64,000 nt of DNA, taken from the NCBI GenBank assembly GCA_041694335.1, contig JASMTJ010000093.1:84-64083 (forward strand), in the 5' to 3' direction. Origin of the DNA: Bacteroidales bacterium. GTDB lineage: Bacteria; Bacteroidota; Bacteroidia; Bacteroidales; JAIPAH01. The notes below the pieces were generated by a model, which had not been told where the DNA came from, searched no databases, and saw nothing but the letters and a program-made list of their open reading frames with translations. Positions 10,006-19,685 of the stretch are shown one piece after another. A program made the translations under genes and the position numbers. Each line of letters starts with the position of its first letter. Position 1 is the first letter of the stretch.

Positions 10006-12471
10006 TCAGAAACCGCCTTCGCCTTCCATCTCCATATCGTCGCCACCGCCGGAGCCGCGCTCACCACGTTTCTTCTTGTAGTCGTTGATTTTATAGCTCA
10101 GGCTGAGCCGCACCACTCTTGGCTGGCGGTTGAAGTCTTGTTTGATATAGTAGCTGGGTTGGTCGGTAATCATTTCATGACCCATGGTGCCAAAAATATC
10201 CTGAACACTGACTGTCATATTCAGCTTCTTATTCATGAAATCATGGCGATAAGCGGCCGAGGTAAAGAAAAAGCTTCCCCGCTCGCCCTGGATGGACGCC
10301 GAGGGTCCCCGGTAAAAGCCACTGATTTGCATCCTGGAGTTTTTCGAGAAGATAATATCGTTGTTCATCCGTGCACTCCAGTTGGTGCTTTCATTCGTGA
10401 TTTCTTCGCCATCCTGAAGGTCTGAGACGCTGAACCGGTATCCACTTCCTGAAATATTGAGGTTCCACCACTCGAAAACCTGGCTGTTGACCATCAGCTC
10501 CAACCCCATGCGGTCTTCTTCATTCACATTTTCGAAGGTCATCAGCAGGATGTTTCCTTCATAAATCTGGTTAAACCGGGTAATCTCGTTTTTGGTCCGG
10601 TTATAAAATGCCTCGATCGTTGCAAACCCCGACTTGAACCGCTTCATGAATGACAGCTCGTAAGCATTGGTATATTCCGGCTCCAGCTCAGGATTTCCCT
10701 GGCGCAAAGTGTAGCGGTCGCGGTAGCTGATAACCGGGTCGAGGAACCATCCGCGCGGCCTTCTGATGCGTTTGCTGTAAGAGGCCATCAGCTTATGATT
10801 TTTATCAAACTCAAGGCTGGTATGCAGCGATGGGAAGAAATCCCAGCGGTTGATTTCGTAAGAATCTCCGGTGATGTTTGCGATTACACGATCGGTGTAC
10901 TCTCCGCGCAATCCGGCCTGCACACCAAACATCCCGATGCTGCCTGAATACGTGGTATATGCCGAAGTGATGTTCCGGTCAAAATCGAACTGGTTGTAAA
11001 AATCAGGGTCTTCAATCCAGTCATCAGCATCCGTATCATAGAATGAAAACTCATATTCTGACGATTCGTAGCGCAGCCTTGTTTGCACTCCGGCTTCCAG
11101 CTTGCTGTCATCCTCAAAAGGCAAGGTATAATCGAGTTTAAAACGCAACTGGTCCTCATCCTCGGTTTCGGTGTTTTCTATCCCTTCGTCAATAATGCCA
11201 CTGCTCACCACATTAAACGATTCGTCTGTAATAAAATCCTTCTGGATGTTGAGCTCATCATCCTTACCCGCAGAATAATATGCCATGGCCTGAAGGCGAT
11301 GCCCATTGTCATTAAACTTCAGGTCGTAATTAGCTGTGGTTTGGATGTAATCTCCAGACCTTTCGAAGAGGGTTTCGCTTAAAAGAAACTCTTCCTCCGA
11401 AACCGGATCGGTAAAAGTGTTGATTTCGCTGTTCATGTCGATACCGAAGCCATAATTTCCAACAGTGGCTGACAGCGAAAAGGTGTTTTTATCATCGATT
11501 TCATAATCGAAGCCCCCTTTCACGGAGTAGCCGTCTCGGGTAAAGTCGCGTTCACGGTCGGCCTCGTAAAAGTAGGTAGTGTCGGCATAGGTTTCGCGAT
11601 AGATGTTTCCGGTTCCGTTAAAGCGACGGTCACGGTAATCGGCGCCGACAAACCATTTGAATTTGCCTGTGCGATAATTCAGCAGGAAGTCGGCCGATTT
11701 ACTTTCATCGGTGCTTATCGAAGTATTGATAATGCCATTGAGTCCGGCCTTATGATCTTTTTTCATCAACACATTGATAATTCCCCCGCTCCCATCGGGA
11801 TCAAATTTTACGGAGGGGTTGGTAACAATCTCAATCTGGTCGATACTGCTGGCCGGCAGTTGCTGCAAAAGGTCGTTGCCATCCAATACGGTAGGTTTTC
11901 CATCGATGTACACCTTAAAATTCTCGCTTCCGCGAAGACTGACGTTCCCCTCGATGTCCACCTCAACGGATGGCGTGTTCTTCAGCACATCCACTGCTGT
12001 TCCTCCGGTGGCATTAATATCCTTACTCACATTAATTACCTTCCGGTCGATTTTGTATTCCACGCGGTTTTTTTCAGCGGTGACATTGACCCCTTCGATG
12101 GTTTGCGCCGATACCTCGAGGTAGATAGGGTCGATTGTTACCGACATCTTAGGTGGTCGTAGAGTGATGTCTTCTATTTTTTTCTTCTTGTAGCCGATAA
12201 AATCAGCCAGCAGGTAATACTTTCCGGGTTTTACATCCTGAATAAGATAGTGGCCCTTACTATCGGCAATGGCTCCGGTAGCCAGCGATGAGTCCTTAAC
12301 CCTAAAAAGTGATACGTTGGCAAATTCGAGTGGTTGGTTATTTGTGGCATCAAAAATATTTCCTTCCACGGTTCCGGCAGGTTTGTTGCCCTGACGCATA
12401 TTTCCCCTTTGGGCATAAGCTCCTGCAACAATCGTTATCGACAGGATAGCCGTAATTAAAATGCTTCTCAT
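10006..12471 (-). CDS. TonB-dependent receptor-like outer-membrane protein with N-terminal CarboxypepD_reg domain
   Basis: 821 aa. Signal peptide, carboxypeptidase-regulatory-like domain (GNIFDATNNQPLEFANVSL...KPGKYYLLADFIGYKK), plug (TPSVEVDIEGNVSLRGSENFKVYIDGKP), long barrel, terminal F. Confidence 0.8.
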   Translation of the reverse strand: MRSILITAILSITIVAGAYAQRGNMRQGNKPAGTVEGNIFDATNNQPLEFANVSLFRVKDSSLATGAIADSKGHYLIQDVKPGKYYLLADFIGYKKKKIEDITLRPPKMSVTIDPIYLEVSAQTIEGVNVTAEKNRVEYKIDRKVINVSKDINATGGTAVDVLKNTPSVEVDIEGNVSLRGSENFKVYIDGKPTVLDGNDLLQQLPASSIDQIEIVTNPSVKFDPDGSGGIINVLMKKDHKAGLNGIINTSISTDESKSADFLLNYRTGKFKWFVGADYRDRRFNGTGNIYRETYADTTYFYEADRERDFTRDGYSVKGGFDYEIDDKNTFSLSATVGNYGFGIDMNSEINTFTDPVSEEEFLLSETLFERSGDYIQTTANYDLKFNDNGHRLQAMAYYSAGKDDELNIQKDFITDESFNVVSSGIIDEGIENTETEDEDQLRFKLDYTLPFEDDSKLEAGVQTRLRYESSEYEFSFYDTDADDWIEDPDFYNQFDFDRNITSAYTTYSGSIGMFGVQAGLRGEYTDRVIANITGDSYEINRWDFFPSLHTSLEFDKNHKLMASYSKRIRRPRGWFLDPVISYRDRYTLRQGNPELEPEYTNAYELSFMKRFKSGFATIEAFYNRTKNEITRFNQIYEGNILLMTFENVNEEDRMGLELMVNSQVFEWWNLNISGSGYRFSVSDLQDGEEITNESTNWSARMNNDIIFSKNSRMQISGFYRGPSASIQGERGSFFFTSAAYRHDFMNKKLNMTVSVQDIFGTMGHEMITDQPSYYIKQDFNRQPRVVRLSLSYKINDYKKKRGERGSGGGDDMEMEGEGGF

Positions 12472-12572
12472 GTATTGATTTGTTATTTAGTCTATGACGG
12501 TACTTTTCGTTCTTTGACAATTATGAGTCAAAATACTTGCGGAAATTACTAAAAGATTTTACAAAAACAATT

Positions 12573-13724
12573 TTAAACTCCAAGATGCCTCGATATGACC
12601 AGCCTTTGAATTTCAGAAGTTCCTTCACCGATTTGCAGTAGGCGCTGGTCGCGGTAGAAGCGCTCGATATCATATTCTTTAATCAGGCCGTAGCCTCCGT
12701 GAATCTGTACGGCTTCATCAGCTACCTCTTTAGCAATTTCAGAACAGTAAAGTTTGGCCATGGCCGATTCTTTCCCGTAGGGCTCGCCCTGATCTTTCAG
12801 CCAGCAGGCATGATAAAGAAAACTCCTTGCGTGTTCAATTTTCACCGCCATATCGGCCAGCTTAAAAGCGTTAATCTGAAATTTACCAATGGGTTTTCCG
12901 AATTGTTTCCGTTCTCCCGCATACTGCTTTGCCATTTCGAAGGCTCCCTGCGCCAGTCCCAGACCCATCGCGGCGATAGACAAGCGCCCGCCATCGAGGG
13001 TAGAGAGCATGATTTTGGAGCCTTGTCCGCGTTCACCCAGAATATTTGATTCAGGCACTTTGCAGTCGTCGAAAAAGAGCATGGAAGTATCGCTGGCGCG
13101 CCACATCATTTTTTGGTGCATGGTTTGGCGGGTAAATCCGGGGGTGTCTTTTTCCACGATGATGCAGGTGAACTCCGGTTTGCCCTTTTCATCCTTTCCT
13201 GATACGGTTTGAACCGTAGCGCCCATGCTGATATCTGCCGAACCGTTGGTGATAAAAATTTTAGAGCCATTGATGACCCAGCTACCGTCTTTGAGCTCTG
13301 CCTTGGTTTTAGAGCCCCGCGAGTCGCTTCCGGCTTCAGGTTCGGTAAGTCCAAAGGCCCACAGCGCCTCACCGGTGGTTAGCTGAGGAAGGTATTTTTC
13401 CTTTTGCTCCTTTGTGCCATACACATAAAGCGGCGAAACGCCAAGCGAGTTATGGGCGGCCAGTGTTGCGGCATGTGAGCCATCCACACGGGCCAGTTCT
13501 TCCACTGCAATAATGTACGACAAGGTGTCAAGGTTTTGTCCGCCATATTCGTCAGAAATATTCATCCCGAAAAGGCCTAACTCACCCATTTTCTTTGTTA
13601 TCTCAGGCGAGAACTGTTCTTTTTCATCCAGCTCAGCAGCTACCGGCTTGATATCACGTTCGGCAAAATCGCGCACCGTTTGCCTGATTAAATCATGTTC
13701 TTCAGTAATATAAGGTGATTTCAT
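12573..13724 (-). CDS. Acyl-CoA dehydrogenase (short/medium-chain type)
   Basis: 383 aa. ACAD motifs LTEPEAGSD, WVINGSKIFITNG, YRDQRLLQIGEGTSEIQRLVI. Confidence 0.9.
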   Translation of the reverse strand: MKSPYITEEHDLIRQTVRDFAERDIKPVAAELDEKEQFSPEITKKMGELGLFGMNISDEYGGQNLDTLSYIIAVEELARVDGSHAATLAAHNSLGVSPLYVYGTKEQKEKYLPQLTTGEALWAFGLTEPEAGSDSRGSKTKAELKDGSWVINGSKIFITNGSADISMGATVQTVSGKDEKGKPEFTCIIVEKDTPGFTRQTMHQKMMWRASDTSMLFFDDCKVPESNILGERGQGSKIMLSTLDGGRLSIAAMGLGLAQGAFEMAKQYAGERKQFGKPIGKFQINAFKLADMAVKIEHARSFLYHACWLKDQGEPYGKESAMAKLYCSEIAKEVADEAVQIHGGYGLIKEYDIERFYRDQRLLQIGEGTSEIQRLVISRHLGV

Positions 13725-13794
13725 ATTGTTTTTTTCTCGTAAGGTTTAAATCAAATTTGTTGAAGATTTAAACCACAAATTTAAACATTTGTTT

Positions 13795-15750
13795 CTATTG
13801 TTCTCTGAACTTTCTGATAATACCCCCTGCCAGCAGCACTTCAATTTGTCTGTCGCTGAGCGAATAAGTCGTTACAAAACTTTGGTTTTGAGTGGTGTTT
13901 TTCACCACCACATTTTTCCTGTTACTCAACGCATCGCGCAAGTCCTGAATTTCGATAATGTCATCCTGTTGTATTTTATCGTAATCTTCAGGATTGACAA
14001 ACTCAAGAGGAGCAATTCCAAAGTTAACCAGATTCTGCCATCCGATACGTGCATAGCTTTTTGCGATAACTGCCTGTTGTCCGAGATAGCGTGGAGCTAA
14101 AGCCGCATGCTCACGGCTGGATCCCTGGGCATAATTATCACCGGCCACTACGATATGTCCTTTATACTTGTCAAAAGCTTCCATTGCACGCTCATGGAAT
14201 TTTTTATCGATGATGTAGTAAGCCCACTTGCTGATTTCAGGCAGGTTACTTCGAAGCGGCAGCACATCGGCTCCGGCTCTCAGGATTTCATCCGTTGAAA
14301 TGTTGTCTTCCATTTTCAGCAACACAGGTACTTTGAACGTATCTTTTAAAGGATCCAGTTTTGGCAATGTTTTGATGTTGGGACCTTTTACCAGCTCCAC
14401 ATCTTCACCGTTTTCGGGAGGTGCCAGCAACAATTCCCTGTTGATAATTTCAGACTCCTGCGGCCGGAATTGCGGATACTTCATGTCATAAATCTTTTCC
14501 ATGTCGCGGGGGTCGGTAATTTTTCCCGTTAAGGCTGAAGCAGCAGCCACTTCGGGGCTACACAGATAGACCTGGTCATCCAGTGTTCCTGATCGTCCGG
14601 GGAAGTTTCGCGGCATCGTTCGCAGGCTGATTTTTCCTGATGCCGGAGCCTGCCCCATGCCGATGCATCCCATGCATCCCGACTGGTGAAAACGTGCACC
14701 GGCTTTCATCAGCTTGCCAAAAGCTTTTTGGTCGGCCAGATTTTGGATGGTTTGCCGTGATGTGGGGTTGATATCCAGTGAAACACCCGGCGCTATTGTC
14801 CGGTCTTTCACCATCTCACTGACTATCCAGAAATCGCGGAAGCCAGGGTTGGCCGAAGATCCCACCACAGACTGATGGATTTCGCGCCCTTCCACTTCTC
14901 TCACGGGTACTACGTTTCCCGGACTGGATGGAGTAGCAATCAACGGAACCAGTTCCGACAGATTAATTTCATCATGCGCATCGTATTCAGCACCTTCATC
15001 CGCCAGTACCTCCACAAAGTCATCTTCTCTTTCCTGTGTTTTCAGGAATTCCTTTACTTTTTCATCCGACGGGAAAACGGTGGTAGTAGCGCCTAATTCT
15101 GCTCCCATGTTGGCAATCACGTGCCGATCCATGGCGGAAAGCGATTGCAGTCCCTCGCCATAATACTCGATAATAAAGCCTCTGCCACCTTTCACGTCGT
15201 AGCGGCGCAACATTTCAAGAATCACGTCTTTAGCGCTTACCCAATCGGGAAGTTTTCCGGTGAGTTTTACACCCATCACCTTGGGCATCTTTACGTAAAA
15301 AGGCTTTCCTGCAATAGCCGTGGCCACATCCAGGCCACCTGTTCCAATGGCTACCATTCCCATCGAACCGCCTGCGCAGGTGTGGCTGTCGGAGCCCAGC
15401 AGCGTTTTTCCGGGAATGCCGAAACGTTCCATATGCACCGGGTGGCTCACACCATTTCCCGGGCGACTAAACCACAGGCCGAAGCGCTGTGCAGCCGATT
15501 CGAGGAATACATGGTCGTCGGCATTTTTATAGTCAGTTTGCAGCAGGTTGTGGTCGACGTATTGCACCGCCACTTCGGTCTGTGCCTTCTTCAGCTTCAT
15601 CGCCTCCAGTTCCAGCATTACCATGGTTCCGGTGGCATCCTGCAAAAGAGCTTGATCGATTTTCATCCCGATTTCCTTTCCGGGAATCATTTCACCTTCG
15701 ACGAGGTGCTCTGAAATAATTTTTTGTGTTACGTTCATTGGTTTGCTCAT
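13795..15750 (-). CDS. Aconitase-family [4Fe-4S] hydro-lyase (~650 aa, catalytic plus swivel domains)
   Basis: Start taken at the ATG giving MSKPMNVTQKIISEHL. Cluster-ligand cysteines are present (GSDSHTCAGG; QSGCMGCIGMG). C-terminal swivel domain (VVAGDNYAQGSSREHAA). Confidence 0.85.
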   Translation of the reverse strand: MSKPMNVTQKIISEHLVEGEMIPGKEIGMKIDQALLQDATGTMVMLELEAMKLKKAQTEVAVQYVDHNLLQTDYKNADDHVFLESAAQRFGLWFSRPGNGVSHPVHMERFGIPGKTLLGSDSHTCAGGSMGMVAIGTGGLDVATAIAGKPFYVKMPKVMGVKLTGKLPDWVSAKDVILEMLRRYDVKGGRGFIIEYYGEGLQSLSAMDRHVIANMGAELGATTTVFPSDEKVKEFLKTQEREDDFVEVLADEGAEYDAHDEINLSELVPLIATPSSPGNVVPVREVEGREIHQSVVGSSANPGFRDFWIVSEMVKDRTIAPGVSLDINPTSRQTIQNLADQKAFGKLMKAGARFHQSGCMGCIGMGQAPASGKISLRTMPRNFPGRSGTLDDQVYLCSPEVAAASALTGKITDPRDMEKIYDMKYPQFRPQESEIINRELLLAPPENGEDVELVKGPNIKTLPKLDPLKDTFKVPVLLKMEDNISTDEILRAGADVLPLRSNLPEISKWAYYIIDKKFHERAMEAFDKYKGHIVVAGDNYAQGSSREHAALAPRYLGQQAVIAKSYARIGWQNLVNFGIAPLEFVNPEDYDKIQQDDIIEIQDLRDALSNRKNVVVKNTTQNQSFVTTYSLSDRQIEVLLAGGIIRKFREQ

Positions 15751-15801
15751 AATCTCTTCCTTTAAAGTCTTAATAATAATACATTTCAAGCAAGAAATCG
15801 T

Positions 15802-17601
15802 TTAACTGAGCAGCTCCACAGGCACCTCCACTTCCTGATTAAGGAAGGCTGAGGCAAAAGTTTTTCCCTGCGCATCAATCATGAGCGATTTGGTGCCACC
15901 GCCATCCAGGGCGTGGTCGAGCAGAAAATTCAGTCCATTGAGGTTATCCAGCTCAAAACGTGTTACAGGGCCATGGCAAAGCGAAGAAAACATAGCTTTC
16001 ATGTAATCCGCTGTAAGGTGATCCTTCAGGAAGGAGTAAACCTTTTCATTTCTTGCGATGACCCCGATATTGACCATGTCGCCCTTGTCGCCGGAGCGTG
16101 CCAGGCAGATATCCTCGAATTTTACTTTTCGCGTTTCACCTTCAGAGGGCCAGCTTACGGGCTTCACCTCTTCGCTGCGCTGTGAAGGGGTATCCACGGA
16201 AGTGTCTTCGCTTTCGCCACCCAGCACGGTAGGTACATCAAACTTGTTTTCAATATTTCCTTCGTTATCAAGCAGCTTAACAGTGGTTTTAACCATTGAC
16301 TTAGGCACGAGCGTTGGCCAGTAGGTCATCACACTCTGCGGCCGTGGCCGTCCGCCGGTTACTGCCACGCCGGGCGGGCCGCTTAGAATAATCGGCGCAA
16401 TGTTCTCGCCAAACTTCCTGATTTTATTCTTGTCGTTGTCATACACCGTAAAGCGCAGCAAAATCTCGTTGGGTGAGATGTCTTCGGCCAAATCGAGGTG
16501 GGTGGAGTTATGGCCGGTGAATTCAGTGTTTTTCTTTTCGAATGACTCCCCTAACCTTTCCCAGAAAATCCTGTCAAAGAGCTTTGCTTTCTCCAGCGCA
16601 TGCCCCCCAGAAATAATCAGTGAGCCGCGGGCCTTGAACCCATCGAGGTAAGCCATTGAGACCTTAAAGAATGGCGTGGAAGGCCTGCCCTTGACGCCAA
16701 ATACCTTCACACGGTCTTCGCCCTCTTCTTCCAGTTGGATGGTGGTGAAATCGACCACCACATCCGGACTGATGTAGTTTTTCGGGTCGCCCATCTCGTA
16801 AAGAAGCTGTTCTTTTACTGTGTCAAGGTTTACAATTCCGCCGGTGCCCGGATGTTTGGTCATCACAAAAGAACCGTCGCTGTTTACTTCCGTCACCGGA
16901 TACCCGAAGTTATCCCATTTCTTCACCTTTTGCCAATCAGTGTAATTACCGCCGGTCGACTGTGCCCCGCACTCCATCATGTGGCCGGCAATGAGTCCGG
17001 AAGCCAGTTTATCCCAATTGTCGAATTCCCATCCGAATTCATAAATCATCGGAGCGATGGAGATGGATGTATCCGTAACACGCCCGGCAATAATAACCTC
17101 AGCACCTTCTTCGAGTGCCTTCACAATTGGAGGCACCCCCAGGTAGGCGTTGGCACTTTGCACCCTTTCGCGGATTTCTTCATAATCACGTCCATCTTCA
17201 AGGTTTTTAAAATTGGCTTTACCAGGATAAATTTTCTTTAACTGCGGATAGATGTTATCCCCTTCTATCACTGCAATTTTCAATTCATTTCCAGTTCCAT
17301 TCAATTGCTTAATGATATCGCGGGCACAACCTAATGGGTTCATTCCGCCGGCATTGACAATCACTTTCGTTCCTTTTTGCTTTATCAACGGTGCGGCATC
17401 CACGAGCTGCTTTACAAAATCGGTTACATATCCGAGCTTTTTGTTTTTCAGTTGCTGCTTTCGCAGGATGCTCATCGTAATCTCAGCCAGGTAATCCGAA
17501 GAGATATAATCGAGGTCTCCACCTTCCAGCTGACGACGTAAAGCGGTGAGGTCGTCTCCCCAGAATCCGCCGGCATTTCCTATTTTTATTTTATCTTTCA
17601 T
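15802..17601 (-). CDS. AtuA-like acyclic-terpene-utilisation family protein (DUF1446 with fused C-terminal small domain)
   Basis: 599 aa. N-terminus IKIGNAGGFWGDDL...LDYISSDYLAEITMSIL matches my memory of DUF1446/AtuA. The last ~100 aa (VKFEDICLARSGDKGDMVNIGVIAR...) look like a DUF4387-type module. Confidence 0.75.
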   Translation of the reverse strand: MKDKIKIGNAGGFWGDDLTALRRQLEGGDLDYISSDYLAEITMSILRKQQLKNKKLGYVTDFVKQLVDAAPLIKQKGTKVIVNAGGMNPLGCARDIIKQLNGTGNELKIAVIEGDNIYPQLKKIYPGKANFKNLEDGRDYEEIRERVQSANAYLGVPPIVKALEEGAEVIIAGRVTDTSISIAPMIYEFGWEFDNWDKLASGLIAGHMMECGAQSTGGNYTDWQKVKKWDNFGYPVTEVNSDGSFVMTKHPGTGGIVNLDTVKEQLLYEMGDPKNYISPDVVVDFTTIQLEEEGEDRVKVFGVKGRPSTPFFKVSMAYLDGFKARGSLIISGGHALEKAKLFDRIFWERLGESFEKKNTEFTGHNSTHLDLAEDISPNEILLRFTVYDNDKNKIRKFGENIAPIILSGPPGVAVTGGRPRPQSVMTYWPTLVPKSMVKTTVKLLDNEGNIENKFDVPTVLGGESEDTSVDTPSQRSEEVKPVSWPSEGETRKVKFEDICLARSGDKGDMVNIGVIARNEKVYSFLKDHLTADYMKAMFSSLCHGPVTRFELDNLNGLNFLLDHALDGGGTKSLMIDAQGKTFASAFLNQEVEVPVELLS

Positions 17602-17638
17602 ATAAGTTGATTGTTTTCGAGTTGATTTACTGAAGTTA

Positions 17639-19621
17639 TCAGGCTTCTTCCATTACCATAATAATCTGGTTGCTGCTCACCTGTGCTCCTTCCTTTGATT
17701 TTAGTTCTTTCACACGATAGTTGGCAGAAGCGGTAACTACGTTTTCCATTTTCATCGCTTCCACAATAGCCAGCGTGTCGCCTTTTTTCACTTTGTCTCC
17801 TTCTTTGACAGGAAGCTTGATGAGCTTTCCGTGCATGGGCGAAACCACCACGCTGCCATCTTCTGAAGACACCTGCGCCATATCATCATAGGCCGCAGAC
17901 TCATCCAGCAAATCGGCGCGTGAAAAATGATAATGAAAGCCTTTGTAATCAATGGTTGTGATAAGCTTCTTTTCTGAGAATGCGGCTGTCCGGTAGGTAT
18001 CGTCATAGCAAAATTCTATCTGATTATCACGCATACCATAAAAACGTACCTTGTGCGATTGGCCATCAACTGTGACGGTGTAATCCTTCTCACCTCTGCG
18101 TTGAATCTCAACTTCGGTTTTTTCTTCATTTCTTGTTACCGGCAAGGTCAGAATATCTTTCCATAGTCCGATGCTTCGCCACAGGTTTTCTGAACCGGTG
18201 TCACTTAATTCTTTTAGTAAATAAGCCATCAGCGGCACCGGAAATTCATTTTCTTTCTTTTGCTGATTAAGATTCTCAATGATTCCGGGAGTTTTTTCAT
18301 CACAATACTTTGTGGAAATCTTGTTCTCTTCAAAATCCTTTGAGGCCGCAAGTGCTTTCAGGTAAGCAATGTTGTTCCTGATGCCATGGATGCGGTAGCT
18401 GTCGAGAGCCCATAACAGCTTCCTTCTTGCCTGTTCGCGGGTTTTTCCATGAACAATCAGCTTGCTGATCATCGGGTCGTAAAACGGTTTGATCTCCGTG
18501 GCCGGTGTTATCCCTGAATCCACCCTTACGCTGTCACCTTTCGGTTCCTGATAAAGTGACATGGTTCCGGGTGAAGGCATAAAATCGTTGGCCGGGTCTT
18601 CAGCGTAAACACGTGCTTCGATGGCATGTCCGTGCTGTACGATATCCTTTTGAAGGAAAGAAAGTTTGTTTCCGGCAGCCACCAGCAGCTGTTCGCGTAC
18701 CAGGTCTTTTCCGGTCACCATTTCCGTTACCGGATGCTCCACCTGGATGCGTGTATTCATTTCCAGGAAGTAATAATTTAAATCCTTATCCACCAAAAAC
18801 TCAATGGTTCCGGCATTGTAATAGCCAATCGAATGCGCAATTTTTACGGCTGTTTCGCCCATCCGCTTGCGGGTCGCTTCATTCAGCGTAACTGATGGAG
18901 ATTCTTCTATAATCTTCTGATAGCGCCGCTGCAAAGAGCACTCACGTTCGTAGAGGTGCACGATGTTTTCATGCTTGTCGCCAATAATTTGAATCTCTAT
19001 ATGCCGCGGGTTATCGAGAAATCGTTCGATGTAAACCGCTTCGTCGCCAAAATAAGCTTTGGCTTCACGGGCTGTGGCCTCCAGGGCTTCCTTCAGTTGT
19101 GCCGGTTCTCTTACAATACGCATTCCTTTGCCACCGCCACCGGCAGCCGCTTTCACCAGCACCGGAAAACCCATCTTGTCCTTGCCTTCCAAAAGCTCTT
19201 CGGGTGAACCAGTGATTCCCTCCAATAAAGGCACGTCGATTTCCTTCATTTTTTTGCGGGCTTCAATTTTGTTTCCCATCAGGTGGATAGCTTCGGGCGA
19301 AGGTCCGACAAACTCAATTCCGGCTTTTCTTACGGCTTCCGCGAAAGCGGCATTCTCAGAAAGAAAACCATAGCCGGGATGAATGGCTTCGCAACCGGAT
19401 TTCTTTGCCACATCAATGATTTTATCCACATTCAGATAGGTCTCTGAAAGCTCTGATTCGCCAAGCCTGTAGGCTTCGTCAGCATGGGTAACATGCAATG
19501 AATCGCGATCGGCAGCAGCGTAAACAGCTACCGTTCGGACACCTAATTCCCTGGCCGAACGAATAATCCGAACAGCGATTTCACCGCGGTTGGCCACAAG
19601 AAGTTTTCGAAATATTCTCAT
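17639..19621 (-). CDS. Acyl-CoA carboxylase alpha subunit (biotin carboxylase + BCCP), methylcrotonyl/geranyl-CoA carboxylase type
   Basis: 660 aa. ATP-grasp biotin carboxylase (KLLVANRGEIAVRIIR, GGGGKGMRIV). C-terminal biotinyl domain with EAMKME. Confidence 0.9.
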   Translation of the reverse strand: MRIFRKLLVANRGEIAVRIIRSARELGVRTVAVYAAADRDSLHVTHADEAYRLGESELSETYLNVDKIIDVAKKSGCEAIHPGYGFLSENAAFAEAVRKAGIEFVGPSPEAIHLMGNKIEARKKMKEIDVPLLEGITGSPEELLEGKDKMGFPVLVKAAAGGGGKGMRIVREPAQLKEALEATAREAKAYFGDEAVYIERFLDNPRHIEIQIIGDKHENIVHLYERECSLQRRYQKIIEESPSVTLNEATRKRMGETAVKIAHSIGYYNAGTIEFLVDKDLNYYFLEMNTRIQVEHPVTEMVTGKDLVREQLLVAAGNKLSFLQKDIVQHGHAIEARVYAEDPANDFMPSPGTMSLYQEPKGDSVRVDSGITPATEIKPFYDPMISKLIVHGKTREQARRKLLWALDSYRIHGIRNNIAYLKALAASKDFEENKISTKYCDEKTPGIIENLNQQKKENEFPVPLMAYLLKELSDTGSENLWRSIGLWKDILTLPVTRNEEKTEVEIQRRGEKDYTVTVDGQSHKVRFYGMRDNQIEFCYDDTYRTAAFSEKKLITTIDYKGFHYHFSRADLLDESAAYDDMAQVSSEDGSVVVSPMHGKLIKLPVKEGDKVKKGDTLAIVEAMKMENVVTASANYRVKELKSKEGAQVSSNQIIMVMEEA

Positions 19622-19685
19622 CAGTATGTTTCTTTATTGTTTTTTGGCCCATTCAGAAAGAAAAACTCCCGATGGGTTTTTATCC

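Noticed and set aside
10006-10080. Acidic Gly-rich C-terminal tail (KKKRGERGSGGGDDMEMEGEGGF) on the TonB-dependent receptor-like protein.
   Set aside because: I believe similar charged Gly-rich tails ending in an aromatic residue are common in this OM beta-barrel family. It is not distinctive without a database comparison.
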